Positions 54,149-63,803 of a stretch of 64,000 bases of DNA are shown here, piece by piece. Numbering within the stretch: position 1 is the first letter of the stretch; the number at the start of each line of letters is the position of its first letter. Location: positions 18,593 through 82,592 of the forward strand of contig MFOZ01000019.1 of the NCBI GenBank assembly GCA_001784055.1, read 5' to 3'. Both the position numbers and the translations under genes were made by a program. The notes beneath the pieces are model-generated. The model was not told the DNA's origin. It did not search any database and saw only the letters and a list, made by a program, of their open reading frames with translations. The DNA is from Candidatus Levybacteria bacterium RIFCSPLOWO2_01_FULL_42_15. GTDB lineage: Bacteria > Patescibacteriota > Microgenomatia > Levybacterales > UBA12049.

Positions 54149-55909
54149 ATGTGTGGAATATTCGGTTACGTCGGAAAACAAAATAATGCGGCCCAGATTG
54201 TTCTTGAAGGACTAAGGCTTCTGGAATATCGCGGGTATGATTCATGGGGAATTGCGGTAAAAAGCGGAAAGAAGCTTATGGTGAATAAGCAGGTGGGGAA
54301 AATAGAATCCGCCAAAACGACTCTTTCTGCAAGCTTTCTTGGTATTGGGCATACAAGGTGGGCGACTCATGGAGGAGTGACAGAAAACAATGCTCATCCT
54401 CATCTTGACTGCAAACAAGAAATAGCACTGGTGCATAACGGGATTGTAGAAAATTTTGTTGCGTTAAAAGAAGAATTGATAATTAGAGGACATAGTTTTA
54501 ATTCGGAAACAGACACAGAGGTAATTGTTCATCTTATCGAGGAGTATTTAAAAAAAGAAGGATTTGCCTCATCGGTGCGTGATTCATTTAATAGGCTTAA
54601 AGGACTAAACGCAATTGTTGTTGCCTACGCTGTCTCTCGTCAAATTATTGCCTGCAAAACAGGATCTTCCTTGGTGGTTGGTCAAAAAAATAGCGATTTC
54701 TATATTGCCTCGGACGCATTGGGAATAACAGACCACACAAAGAAGCTTTTCTTTCTTAAAGATGGAGAAATGGTCATACTGGGAGAAAAGTTGCAACTCA
54801 TAAGCATTGCAAACGGTAAAAAGTTAAAAGCAAATTTCGAAACAATACATTGGAAGCAGGAAGACTCCAAAATTGGAAATTTTAATCACTTTATGGAGAA
54901 GGAAATTTATGAACAACCACGCGTTGTGCGTACCATAGCAAGAACTGCCGATCAGGATATTATTTCATTAAGCAGAACAATTAAACGAGCTAGGGGAACT
55001 TTTTTTATAGGCGCAGGAACGGCCTTTCATGCCTGCCTTGCGGGGACATACCTATTCTCCGGAATCGCAAAAATCCATGTTAATACAGCGGTCGCATCTG
55101 AATTTAATTATCTGGAGGATTTTTTAACCAAAGAAAGTCTCATTATCGCGCTTTCCCAATCGGGGGAAACGATAGATGTTCTTGAGCCTCTCAATAGAGC
55201 GAAGGGGAAAGGAAGCAGAATTGTGGCGCTTACCAATGTTTTGGGCTCTTCGCTGTATAGGCTTGCTGATCACTCCCTTATTTTGGGTGCGGGAGTTGAA
55301 AAAGCAGTAGCTTCAACAAAGGCATATACTGCAAAGCTTGCTCTTTTACTTATGCTTGCGCACGCAATGAATGGAGAGATAAAAAAAGCAAAGAAAAATC
55401 TTCTTGAAACGTCAAAAGAAATACAAAGACTCCTCAGCGCTCCAAGCAGAAAAAACATACGAAAGATTGCGTTGGTTCTTAAGTCATCCGAGCATATCTA
55501 TACTATTGGGAGAGGAGTATCTTATCCAACAGCACTGGAAGCCGCCCTTAAGATTAAAGAGGTAAGCTATATACACACAGAAGGACTTGCGGGAGGAGAG
55601 TTAAAACATGGAACGCTCGCGCTTGTTGAAAAAGGAACGCCGTGTATTGTATTTGCTCCCAATGATGACACCTATGAGGCAATGATTTCCAACGCGATTG
55701 AGATCAAATCAAGAGGAGGAGTAATCATTGGCATAAGTACTAAAAAGTCTTCTGTTTTTGACTACTTTATAGAAGTTCGCGACATGGGATGGGCACGTAT
55801 TATCGCTCAAATTATCCCCGCACAGCTTTTGGCATACTATTTAGCGGTAGAGAGAGGATGCGATCCAGATAAACCTCGCAATTTAGCAAAAAGCGTAACC
55901 GTAAAGTAA
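54149..55909 (+). CDS. glmS: Glutamine--fructose-6-phosphate transaminase
   Basis: MCGI, LEYRGYDS, GHTRWATHG, SQSGET, VASTKA, PRNLAKSVT. Confidence 0.97.
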   Translation: MCGIFGYVGKQNNAAQIVLEGLRLLEYRGYDSWGIAVKSGKKLMVNKQVGKIESAKTTLSASFLGIGHTRWATHGGVTENNAHPHLDCKQEIALVHNGIVENFVALKEELIIRGHSFNSETDTEVIVHLIEEYLKKEGFASSVRDSFNRLKGLNAIVVAYAVSRQIIACKTGSSLVVGQKNSDFYIASDALGITDHTKKLFFLKDGEMVILGEKLQLISIANGKKLKANFETIHWKQEDSKIGNFNHFMEKEIYEQPRVVRTIARTADQDIISLSRTIKRARGTFFIGAGTAFHACLAGTYLFSGIAKIHVNTAVASEFNYLEDFLTKESLIIALSQSGETIDVLEPLNRAKGKGSRIVALTNVLGSSLYRLADHSLILGAGVEKAVASTKAYTAKLALLLMLAHAMNGEIKKAKKNLLETSKEIQRLLSAPSRKNIRKIALVLKSSEHIYTIGRGVSYPTALEAALKIKEVSYIHTEGLAGGELKHGTLALVEKGTPCIVFAPNDDTYEAMISNAIEIKSRGGVIIGISTKKSSVFDYFIEVRDMGWARIIAQIIPAQLLAYYLAVERGCDPDKPRNLAKSVTVK

Positions 55910-55912
55910 ACA

Positions 55913-56629
55913 ATGAAAAAAACAATCCTTATTCTTCATGGATGGGGGGTTAACGGAGAAAAATACCAAATCATAGTAGGTATGTTAAAAGAGAAGGGAT
56001 GGGTAGCGTTTTCTCCAGACCTTCCGGGATTTGGAAAGGAAAAATTGTTGAAAAAGACTATGAACGTAGACGATTATGTTGATTTTGTAAGAGATTTTAT
56101 AAGGAAGAAAAAGCTATCCAACATTGTTCTTGTTGGGCATTCATTTGGAGGAAGAATTGCCATTAAATTAGCAGCATCAGGAGAAGGGACAATAACAGGT
56201 CTTATTCTCACAGGGTCTGCTGGTATTAAGCCCAAACTCGCTTTGTATAAACGATTTATTATGTATATAGCAATTTTATTAGGAGAATTATTTCGTTTTC
56301 CGCTGTTAGCAAATGCAAAAAATATTCTGCGCAAGATTCTTTATTTTGCCATAGGGGAATGGGATTATTATAACGCGGGGGACATTAGAGAAACGTTTAA
56401 AAAAGTCATTGCCGAAGACCTTATTGATTATCTTCATAACATACGTGTCCCTACGCTTTTGGTTTGGGGCGCAAAAGATAACGTTATCCAACTGATCTAT
56501 GGGAAGATGATGAAAGAGAGAATTTCTGCGTCAGCGCTTGTTGTTGTTGAGGGCGCAGGTCATAAGCTGCCTTACGCGAATCCTAAGGAATTTATTAATG
56601 CAATTATGCCATTTTTACAGAAAATATGA
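55913..56629 (+). CDS. Alpha/beta hydrolase
   Basis: LHGWG, DLPGFG, GHSFGG nucleophile elbow, WGAKD, GAGH. Confidence 0.88.
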   Translation: MKKTILILHGWGVNGEKYQIIVGMLKEKGWVAFSPDLPGFGKEKLLKKTMNVDDYVDFVRDFIRKKKLSNIVLVGHSFGGRIAIKLAASGEGTITGLILTGSAGIKPKLALYKRFIMYIAILLGELFRFPLLANAKNILRKILYFAIGEWDYYNAGDIRETFKKVIAEDLIDYLHNIRVPTLLVWGAKDNVIQLIYGKMMKERISASALVVVEGAGHKLPYANPKEFINAIMPFLQKI

Positions 56630-58302
56630 GCATACTTTACGCAGCCACAAGCACACTTTTCTTTGTCTGGATTTCCAGAAATATTTTATACTGGGTACAC
56701 CTTTGGCAAATAAAAGAGTATCGGTGGGATCGGCTTTCGGTTCATCTTAGAGAGACGGTTCAAGGAAGGTCGCTTTTTTTCTCACCTCTTCTTCTTTTCA
56801 AAGTAGTACTTATAGGTGCATTTATCCTGGTAATCCAAAAACAGCTTTCTCTTTCTTTATACCACAGCGCAATCACGTTTGTGTTTGCCTTGCAATTTAG
56901 CTCTGTGGTAAAAGAAGTAGGGAGAAAAACCATAAAGATCCCTAAGCCAACGATAAAGGCAGTGATTATTAGTGGATTTTCTCTCTTTATCCTTTTCTCT
57001 CTTTTTTCTCTTCCGCTGTTGGATCGATTTGCATGGATTCTTTTAATCGATCGCCTGCTTCCTGCTGTTGTTTTAGTTGCGACACTTATCATGTCGTTTC
57101 CAAGCGGGCTTTACTATGATTGGAAAATCGCTCGGGCGATAAGGCTTTTAAGGAAGCAGAAAAAGCTTATCGTAATGGGCATTACCGGAAGTTATGGAAA
57201 AAGCTCAACAAAAGAATATCTTGCGCAGCTTTTGAGAACAAAATTTTCTCTTATTGCTACTTTCGGTACCCAAAATACGCCCATTGGTTTGGCAAACACA
57301 ATTCTTGAGAAAATGCAAGACAAAACGGCTATTTTTGTTGCGGAGATGGGTGCATACAAAAGAGGGGAGATTGCACAGCTTGCCCAAATGGTTCATCCAA
57401 CAATAGGAGTTCTTACCGGTATCAACGCGCAACATTTCTCTCTCTTTGGTAGCATTGAAAATACGATTGATGCAAAGTATGAACTTATTGAGTCGATTTC
57501 TCCTAACGGTTTATGTCTTTTTAACGGGAATAACGTTTACACGTACGAATTGTGGAAACGGGCATTGCGTGAAAATCGTAACGCAGTATTATATAGGGTT
57601 CTAACGACTAATTCCTTTTCCGAAGAACAATTTAAACAGGAGCATGGGATTATTGCCTATAACGCGCGTATTTCTTCGCGTAGTGTTTCCTTTGATGTTG
57701 TTCTGAAGAAGAAAGGGAAACCAAGAATAAAAATAGAGAGTCTGGGAGCGCCAATTGGTGGGATTCACACACTTGAAAATCTTCTTCCCGCAATTTATGT
57801 TGCGTATATTTTAGAAATGAAACCTTTTGAAATTAAAGAAGCGTTATCCCTGCTTGTTTCGCCTGTTCATACCATGAGCATTCTTAGATCTTTTTTGGGA
57901 GTAATTCTTCTAGACAATACGCATAATACAAATCCTCGTGGTATTGAGGCTGCGGTACTATTACTTAAGCAGTATCTAAGACAGAAAAAAAGACTATGTG
58001 TTTTTGTATTGCAACCAATGATTGAATTGGGTAGCAGAGGGAAAGAGGAGCATAGGATAGCGGGAAGAGCTATTGGTGCGGTTTGTTCTTATCTTTTTCT
58101 AACAAATAAGAATTTTTATCAAGAAATCGTAAAAGGAGTTCGGGATAGCGGAGGAAAATGTAAGGTAAAAATAGCAAGCCCTCAAATCATTGCGAGTTTT
58201 GTCAAGACCCTGACGAAAGATGATATTATGTATTTTGAGGGAAGAGAGACCGCGTCTTCTTTGGTAAAGATTCTTAAGCGAGATCCAAAAACAGATATAT
58301 GA
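56626..58302 (+). CDS. murF: MurF-type ligase with N-terminal membrane domain
   Basis: Hydrophobic N-terminal ~160 aa; GITGSYGKSSTKE, NTPIG, EMGAY, HFSLFGS, DNTHNTN, MIELG. Confidence 0.8.
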   Translation: MSILYAATSTLFFVWISRNILYWVHLWQIKEYRWDRLSVHLRETVQGRSLFFSPLLLFKVVLIGAFILVIQKQLSLSLYHSAITFVFALQFSSVVKEVGRKTIKIPKPTIKAVIISGFSLFILFSLFSLPLLDRFAWILLIDRLLPAVVLVATLIMSFPSGLYYDWKIARAIRLLRKQKKLIVMGITGSYGKSSTKEYLAQLLRTKFSLIATFGTQNTPIGLANTILEKMQDKTAIFVAEMGAYKRGEIAQLAQMVHPTIGVLTGINAQHFSLFGSIENTIDAKYELIESISPNGLCLFNGNNVYTYELWKRALRENRNAVLYRVLTTNSFSEEQFKQEHGIIAYNARISSRSVSFDVVLKKKGKPRIKIESLGAPIGGIHTLENLLPAIYVAYILEMKPFEIKEALSLLVSPVHTMSILRSFLGVILLDNTHNTNPRGIEAAVLLLKQYLRQKKRLCVFVLQPMIELGSRGKEEHRIAGRAIGAVCSYLFLTNKNFYQEIVKGVRDSGGKCKVKIASPQIIASFVKTLTKDDIMYFEGRETASSLVKILKRDPKTDI

Positions 58303-59540
58303 TACGCCCAATTGCCATTGGTCTCTCTCCAAATACGACTTTTTTGGATGTTCTATTTTCAATCCGCTTATTAATTCAGCCATGGATATACCAAAAAGGG
58401 AACTATATCAAGAAGCTGGAAGATTGGTTTTTACGCTATTTTCATGCCGATGTAGCGGTATCTTTTGATAGTGCCCGCATTGCTCTTTTTTATACTTTAA
58501 AATCTCTTGGGATAAAAGAAGGAGATGAGGTTCTTCTGCAAGCATTTACCTGCGTTGCGGTTCCCAACGCGATAATGTGGGCAAAAGCAAAACCAGTGTA
58601 CGTTGATATTGCCAACTCTTACACCATTGATACAAAAGATCTGGAGAAAAAAATAACTTCTTCCACCAAAGCAATCATTGTGCAGCATACGTTTGGAATC
58701 CCGGCGGAGATGGATCAAATTGTAGGTATTGCAAAAAAGCACAATCTTTTTGTCATAGAGGATTGTGCTCATACGATTGGAGGAATGTATAAAGAACAAA
58801 AGCTTGGATCGCTTGGAGACGTGGGTATTTTTAGTTTTGGCAGGGATAAAGCCTTTTCTTCTGTATTTGGAGGGATTGTGATTACCTCGCGCAAGAATAT
58901 TGGAAAACAGTTAAAAGTCTTCCAAGGCAATTTATCACACCCATCTATTTTATGGATTGCGCAGCAACTTTTCCATCCGGTTGCCCTTTCTCTCGTTTTT
59001 CCTTTATACAACCTTTTTTTAGGAAAAATGTTCCTTTTATCCTTGCAGCTGTTTGGAATGCTTTCGCTTCCTTTAGAGACTGAAGAAAAACAGGGAAAAT
59101 TCCCCCATAATTTGGGGAAAAAAATGCCAAATGCCCTGGCAGCATTAGCTCTCTTTCAACTTAAAAGAATTTCGCAGTTTAATGCAAGAAGAAAAGAAAT
59201 CGCAAGCGAATACGTCCAAAAGATTAACGTACTATACTCCGGTACATTGTATAAAAATATAATTCCTTTTTTACGTTTTCCGCTTGTTGTTGAAAAAAGA
59301 GAAGAGATGCTTAATTTCTTCAGATCCAAAAAAATCTATGTTGGGAAATGGTATTCTGAAGTCGTAGATCCAAAGGGCGTTGATTTAAAACAAGTTTTTT
59401 ATAAAACAGGTTCTTGTCCAAATGCAGAATATATAGCAAAGCATATTCTTAATGTACCTACATATCCTACCATGACGGATTCTGACGTTAAAAACGTAAT
59501 TAATGTATTTCAAAAATATGATCAAGATCATAGAAATTGA
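58299..59540 (+). CDS. DegT/DnrJ-family PLP-dependent protein
   Basis: SARIAL, QAFTCVAV, QHTFG, IEDCAH, FSFGRDK. Confidence 0.85.
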   Translation: MIRPIAIGLSPNTTFLDVLFSIRLLIQPWIYQKGNYIKKLEDWFLRYFHADVAVSFDSARIALFYTLKSLGIKEGDEVLLQAFTCVAVPNAIMWAKAKPVYVDIANSYTIDTKDLEKKITSSTKAIIVQHTFGIPAEMDQIVGIAKKHNLFVIEDCAHTIGGMYKEQKLGSLGDVGIFSFGRDKAFSSVFGGIVITSRKNIGKQLKVFQGNLSHPSILWIAQQLFHPVALSLVFPLYNLFLGKMFLLSLQLFGMLSLPLETEEKQGKFPHNLGKKMPNALAALALFQLKRISQFNARRKEIASEYVQKINVLYSGTLYKNIIPFLRFPLVVEKREEMLNFFRSKKIYVGKWYSEVVDPKGVDLKQVFYKTGSCPNAEYIAKHILNVPTYPTMTDSDVKNVINVFQKYDQDHRN

Positions 59541-60537
59541 CGAGAAAAAAATTTGGGATGAGTTTTTAGATAAAAAAGAAATCCAGTTTTTTCCCTTATT
59601 TCAGTCATGGAATTGGGGAGAAGTTCAAAAGCAAACCGGAGACGAGCTGTTGCGCGTTGGAGCGTATAAAAACAATAAGCTAGCTGCGGTGTGTCAGATT
59701 ATTGACATACATGCGAAACGAGGACATTATCTGCATCTTCGTCATGGACCGGTACTTGTGCCCTTTGATTCAGCCGTGTTTGATGCGCTACTCGTCTATG
59801 TTAAAAAAGTCGCTTGTCAAAAGAAAGCTTCATTCGTTCGACTCAGTCCGCTCGTTGAAAAAAGTCAGGCAGACAAAGCTATGTTAAGCGCAGGAGGTAT
59901 GATAGGCGCACCAATTCACAACATGGATGCGCAGGTATGTTGGGTTTTAGACATCACAAAGCCGGAAGAACAACTCCTTAAAGAAATGCGCAAGTCTCAC
60001 CGCTATCTAATCCGTAAGGCACAAGGCATGAACATTACCATTAGAAAAACAAAAGGAGCCTCAAGTATCAATATCTTCTTGGAAATCTACAAAGATTTGT
60101 CTGGGAGGAAACATTTTGTTCCCCATAAGGGAATAAAAGAAGAGCTTGACGTCTTTGGAAAAGAAGATCAGGCATTATTGTTTTTGGCCGAATATAAACA
60201 GAAGGTCATTGGGGGAACGCTTATTTTGTTTGTTGGAAATAATGCCATTTATCACCATGGGGCATCTGTTGAAGGCTATAGAGATGTACCTGTTTCATAT
60301 CTTTTACAGTGGGAAGCAATTTTAGAAGCCAAGAGAAGAGACAAAAAGCTCTATAATTTTTGGGGAATCGCACCATCTGATTCCTCCAGACATCCATGGC
60401 AGGGATTAACGCTTTTCAAAACAGGTTTTGGGGGAGAAAAAAAGGAGTTTCTTCACGCGCAAGATATTCCCCTCTCTTTTTGGTACGGGAAAAACTACTT
60501 GGTGGAATACATCCGAAAACTACAAAGAGGCTATTAA
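59518..60537 (+). CDS. FemABX/MurM-family peptidoglycan bridge aminoacyltransferase
   Basis: QSWNWGE, HGP, MRKSHRYLIRK, YHHGAS, LLQWEAI, YNFWG, GLTLFKTGFGG. Confidence 0.88.
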   Translation: MIKIIEIDEKKIWDEFLDKKEIQFFPLFQSWNWGEVQKQTGDELLRVGAYKNNKLAAVCQIIDIHAKRGHYLHLRHGPVLVPFDSAVFDALLVYVKKVACQKKASFVRLSPLVEKSQADKAMLSAGGMIGAPIHNMDAQVCWVLDITKPEEQLLKEMRKSHRYLIRKAQGMNITIRKTKGASSINIFLEIYKDLSGRKHFVPHKGIKEELDVFGKEDQALLFLAEYKQKVIGGTLILFVGNNAIYHHGASVEGYRDVPVSYLLQWEAILEAKRRDKKLYNFWGIAPSDSSRHPWQGLTLFKTGFGGEKKEFLHAQDIPLSFWYGKNYLVEYIRKLQRGY

Positions 60538-60557
60538 GTTTGATATAATATACGTCT

Positions 60558-61568
60558 ATGATGCGGCTTTTAGGGCTTACTATAATGTCGTTTGTTATCA
60601 GTGGGACTTTGTTTGTGCCATTTATCGATTTTCTCTACAAAATAAAGCTCAGAAGAAGAATACAAAAAACAAAAGATATCTTTAACAACAACACTCCTCT
60701 TTTTGATCGTTTTAACGCGTGGAAGGTGGGAACGCCATTCGGAGGAGGGCTTCTTATTGTAGTGGTTGTTCCCGTATTAACACTTTGGGCATATGGTCTT
60801 TTTGAAACAAAAATATCATTCTGGCAACTATTCGTTTTGCTCTTTTCTTTTATTGGATTTGGACTTCTTGGTCTTTATGATGATCTTAAAAAACTTACCA
60901 ATGAAAAAAAATCCGTTGTTTTTGGATTGAGGTTTCGTCATAAGTTTTTCATCCAATGGATTCTCGCATTTTTAATCGCCTCTGTTCTTTATTTTCAGCT
61001 TGGATTTGATTTCATTTTCATCCGCGGATTTGGACTCGCAAACCTAGGATTTCTTTTCATCCCGTTTGCGGCGTTTGTGATTGTTTCTTTTGTAAACGCA
61101 TTTAATATTGCGGATGGACTTGATGGGTTAGCGTCCGGTCTTTTTCTCATCTGCATGGTTGCGTTTTTGGCAATCTCCTCCTCGCAACTGGATAACTATC
61201 TGGGAATTTTTATCGCAATTATTTTAGGGAGCGTTGCGGCATTCCTTTATTTTAATATTTATAAAGCGAGGCTTTGGCTTGGAGATACGGGATCTCTTGC
61301 TCTTGGAGCAGTGCTTGCGGTTGTTGGACTTTTGACAGGAAAAACGATTGCGCTTGCCGTCATAGGAGGAATTTTTGTTCTTGAAATTGGCTCATCGCTT
61401 GTGCAAATTCTTGGAAAAAAGATTCTTGGAAAAAAGATTCTTCCCGCAGCCCCTTTCCATCTGTATTTGCAATACAGGGGATGGGAAGAGCCAAAAATTG
61501 TGATGAGAGCTTGGCTTTTGGGATTTCTTATGGCAGTTTTAGGATTGTATATAGCATTCGCCGTGTAA
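60558..61568 (+). CDS. mraY: Phospho-N-acetylmuramoyl-pentapeptide transferase
   Basis: GTPFGGG, GLYDD, NAFNIADGLDGL, LGDTGSLALG; position before ftsW. Confidence 0.9.
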   Translation: MMRLLGLTIMSFVISGTLFVPFIDFLYKIKLRRRIQKTKDIFNNNTPLFDRFNAWKVGTPFGGGLLIVVVVPVLTLWAYGLFETKISFWQLFVLLFSFIGFGLLGLYDDLKKLTNEKKSVVFGLRFRHKFFIQWILAFLIASVLYFQLGFDFIFIRGFGLANLGFLFIPFAAFVIVSFVNAFNIADGLDGLASGLFLICMVAFLAISSSQLDNYLGIFIAIILGSVAAFLYFNIYKARLWLGDTGSLALGAVLAVVGLLTGKTIALAVIGGIFVLEIGSSLVQILGKKILGKKILPAAPFHLYLQYRGWEEPKIVMRAWLLGFLMAVLGLYIAFAV

Positions 61569-61584
61569 AAAATATCTGCCCATC

Positions 61585-62652
61585 ATGAAGCGCATAGATA
61601 TTTCACTTCTTTTTGTTGTTATTCTCTTATCCTTTTTTGGTCTTCTTATGATTTATGAGGCATCTTCGTTTATTGCTTTTCGAGATTTTGGAGACAAATA
61701 TCACTATCTTAAAGATCAATCTCTTTGGATTCTTCTGGGACTTAGTGGTTTGGTATTTTTCTCCCTTTTTGATTATCGAAAGCTTTATCTATTTTCCTTA
61801 CCGTTTCTTATTGCTGCAATAATCTTGCTTTCATTGGTGTTTGTGCCTGGGGTTGGGGTTCTCTTGCACGGTGCTCGACGATGGATAGACGCAGGTCCTT
61901 TTTTTATCCAGCCATCAGAATTTGTAAAGCTTGCCTTAACTATTTATCTTGCCGCCTGGTTTTCTCATAAAGAAAAAGGAAGATTTTTTGCGTTTTTGCT
62001 CCTGCTTGGGCTTGTCATTTTCCTTATCATGTTGCAACCTGATATGGGAACGGCAGCCATTATCCTTCTTGAAGCAATCGTTATGTATTTTTTGTCAGGA
62101 GGAAACATTATCCATTTTCTTTTTCTTCTTCCGGCTATCGCAGCGGGCGGGTTTTTTCTTATAAAAATAGAGCCCTATCGTTTTGAGCGGTTTATTGCGT
62201 TTCTCAGCTTGGGAAAATCACTGGAAGGCTCCTCATATCATGTTAAACAAATACTCATAGCACTTGGAATGGGTGGGCTTACGGGAGTTGGCTTTGGAAA
62301 TTCATTGCAGAAATATGCCTATCTTCCAGAAAATACTACCGATTCAATCTTCGCAATTATCGCGGAAGAAGTTGGTTTTCTTGGCTCAACGCTTGTTATT
62401 ATCTGCTTTATGATTCTTGCCGCGAGAGGATTTTTTATTGCGTTTCACAGTCGGACGATGTTTGGAAAACTTCTTGCTTCGGGAATAACAGCATTTCTTT
62501 CTGCTCAAGCGCTCATTAATTTAGGAGCTCAAACCGCGCTTGTTCCTCTTACTGGTGTTCCTCTTCCTTTTATCTCCTACGGCGGATCCGCTCTTATTGT
62601 AGATTTATGTTCGATTGGAATTCTACTCAATATATCCAAAGAACGAGTATGA
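61585..62652 (+). CDS. ftsW: SEDS protein FtsW
   Basis: GARRW, QPSEFVK, QPDMGT, YLPENTTDSIF, TGVPLPFISYGGS. Confidence 0.92.
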   Translation: MKRIDISLLFVVILLSFFGLLMIYEASSFIAFRDFGDKYHYLKDQSLWILLGLSGLVFFSLFDYRKLYLFSLPFLIAAIILLSLVFVPGVGVLLHGARRWIDAGPFFIQPSEFVKLALTIYLAAWFSHKEKGRFFAFLLLLGLVIFLIMLQPDMGTAAIILLEAIVMYFLSGGNIIHFLFLLPAIAAGGFFLIKIEPYRFERFIAFLSLGKSLEGSSYHVKQILIALGMGGLTGVGFGNSLQKYAYLPENTTDSIFAIIAEEVGFLGSTLVIICFMILAARGFFIAFHSRTMFGKLLASGITAFLSAQALINLGAQTALVPLTGVPLPFISYGGSALIVDLCSIGILLNISKERV

Positions 62653-63803
62653 AACTTCTCATTGTTGCCGGAGGAGGAGGACATTTTTCCGCAGCGTTTT
62701 CGGTTATTCAGAAGCTTCCTAAAGACGTCAGCGTATTGGTGGTTGGAAGAAAGCATTCGTTTGAAGGAGATTCAGCGCTTTCGCTAGAGTATCAGACATG
62801 CAGCAGCAACAATATTCCTTTTGCTACAGTAGGTGCGGGGAGACTGCAAAGAGCATTTACTAAGCACACGATAGCGTCTCTTGTCAAAACCCCGTTTGGA
62901 TTTGCGCAATCCCTTAAGATTCTTAAAAAGTTTAATCCTGATATAGTTCTTTCGTTTGGAGGATATGTATCTCTGCCCGTAGTTGTGGGAGCACGGTTAT
63001 CTGGAATACCTATTGTTGTGCATGAACAGATTCCCGCAGGAGGACTTTCTAACAAAATCGCATCGTTAATAGCAGACAGAGTGTGTATATCGTGGAATGA
63101 ATCATATGATTTTTTCCCTAGAGAAAAAACTGTGCTCACGGGTAATCCTATTCGTAGGGAAATTTCTCGTACTCAGAGCAGTGTCTTATTAGACGGGGCA
63201 ACGGAGGTTTTTCTCCGTGATCAAGCTCCTTTTATCTATATTACCGGAGGATCTGGGGGTTCTCACTTTCTTAATGTTCTTGTTGAAGAGCTAATTCCTG
63301 ATCTTACTGAAAAATATAAAATAATTCATCAAACAGGAGGCTCAAATGAGTATAAAGATTTTGAGCGGCTTTTATATCTTAAGAATAATCTTCCTCATCA
63401 AATAAGACATAGATATATTCCCATAAGATTTTTAGATGCGTCCCAAATTGGATGGATTCTTTCTCACGCTTCTCTTGTGGTTGGTCGGTGCGGTATCAAT
63501 ACCGTATGCGAGCTTTTGTATTGGGGTGTTCCGTCTCTTCTTATCCCTCTTCCTTATGCGCAAGGTAACGAACAAGAAAAAAATGCTCTGTTGGTAAAAG
63601 AAGCGGGATTCGGAGAAATTCTTGCACAGAAAAACGCAACAAAAACAGAGCTCAAAAAACAAATACATCATATGATTCTTAAAAATAATGCATATAAGTT
63701 TCATGCTCGCAAGGGAAGAAAGAGACTGATACCAAACGCATCAGAAAACATTATAAGCGTAGTTATCGCTGTTTATGAGAAAAGAAAGAAACAAGAAAAG
63801 TAA
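62649..63803 (+). CDS. murG: Lipid I N-acetylglucosaminyltransferase
   Basis: AGGGGH, FGGYVS, HEQ, TGNPIR, TGGSGG, HQTG, EQEKNA. Confidence 0.92.
   Translation: MKLLIVAGGGGHFSAAFSVIQKLPKDVSVLVVGRKHSFEGDSALSLEYQTCSSNNIPFATVGAGRLQRAFTKHTIASLVKTPFGFAQSLKILKKFNPDIVLSFGGYVSLPVVVGARLSGIPIVVHEQIPAGGLSNKIASLIADRVCISWNESYDFFPREKTVLTGNPIRREISRTQSSVLLDGATEVFLRDQAPFIYITGGSGGSHFLNVLVEELIPDLTEKYKIIHQTGGSNEYKDFERLLYLKNNLPHQIRHRYIPIRFLDASQIGWILSHASLVVGRCGINTVCELLYWGVPSLLIPLPYAQGNEQEKNALLVKEAGFGEILAQKNATKTELKKQIHHMILKNNAYKFHARKGRKRLIPNASENIISVVIAVYEKRKKQEK

Noticed and set aside
61407-61442. 15-bp tandem repeat ATTCTTGGAAAAAAG x2.4 in mraY (ILGKKILGKKIL)
   Set aside because: Frame-neutral, fits the normal basic loop of MraY with no clear length gain, and is not of the 7/8-bp class
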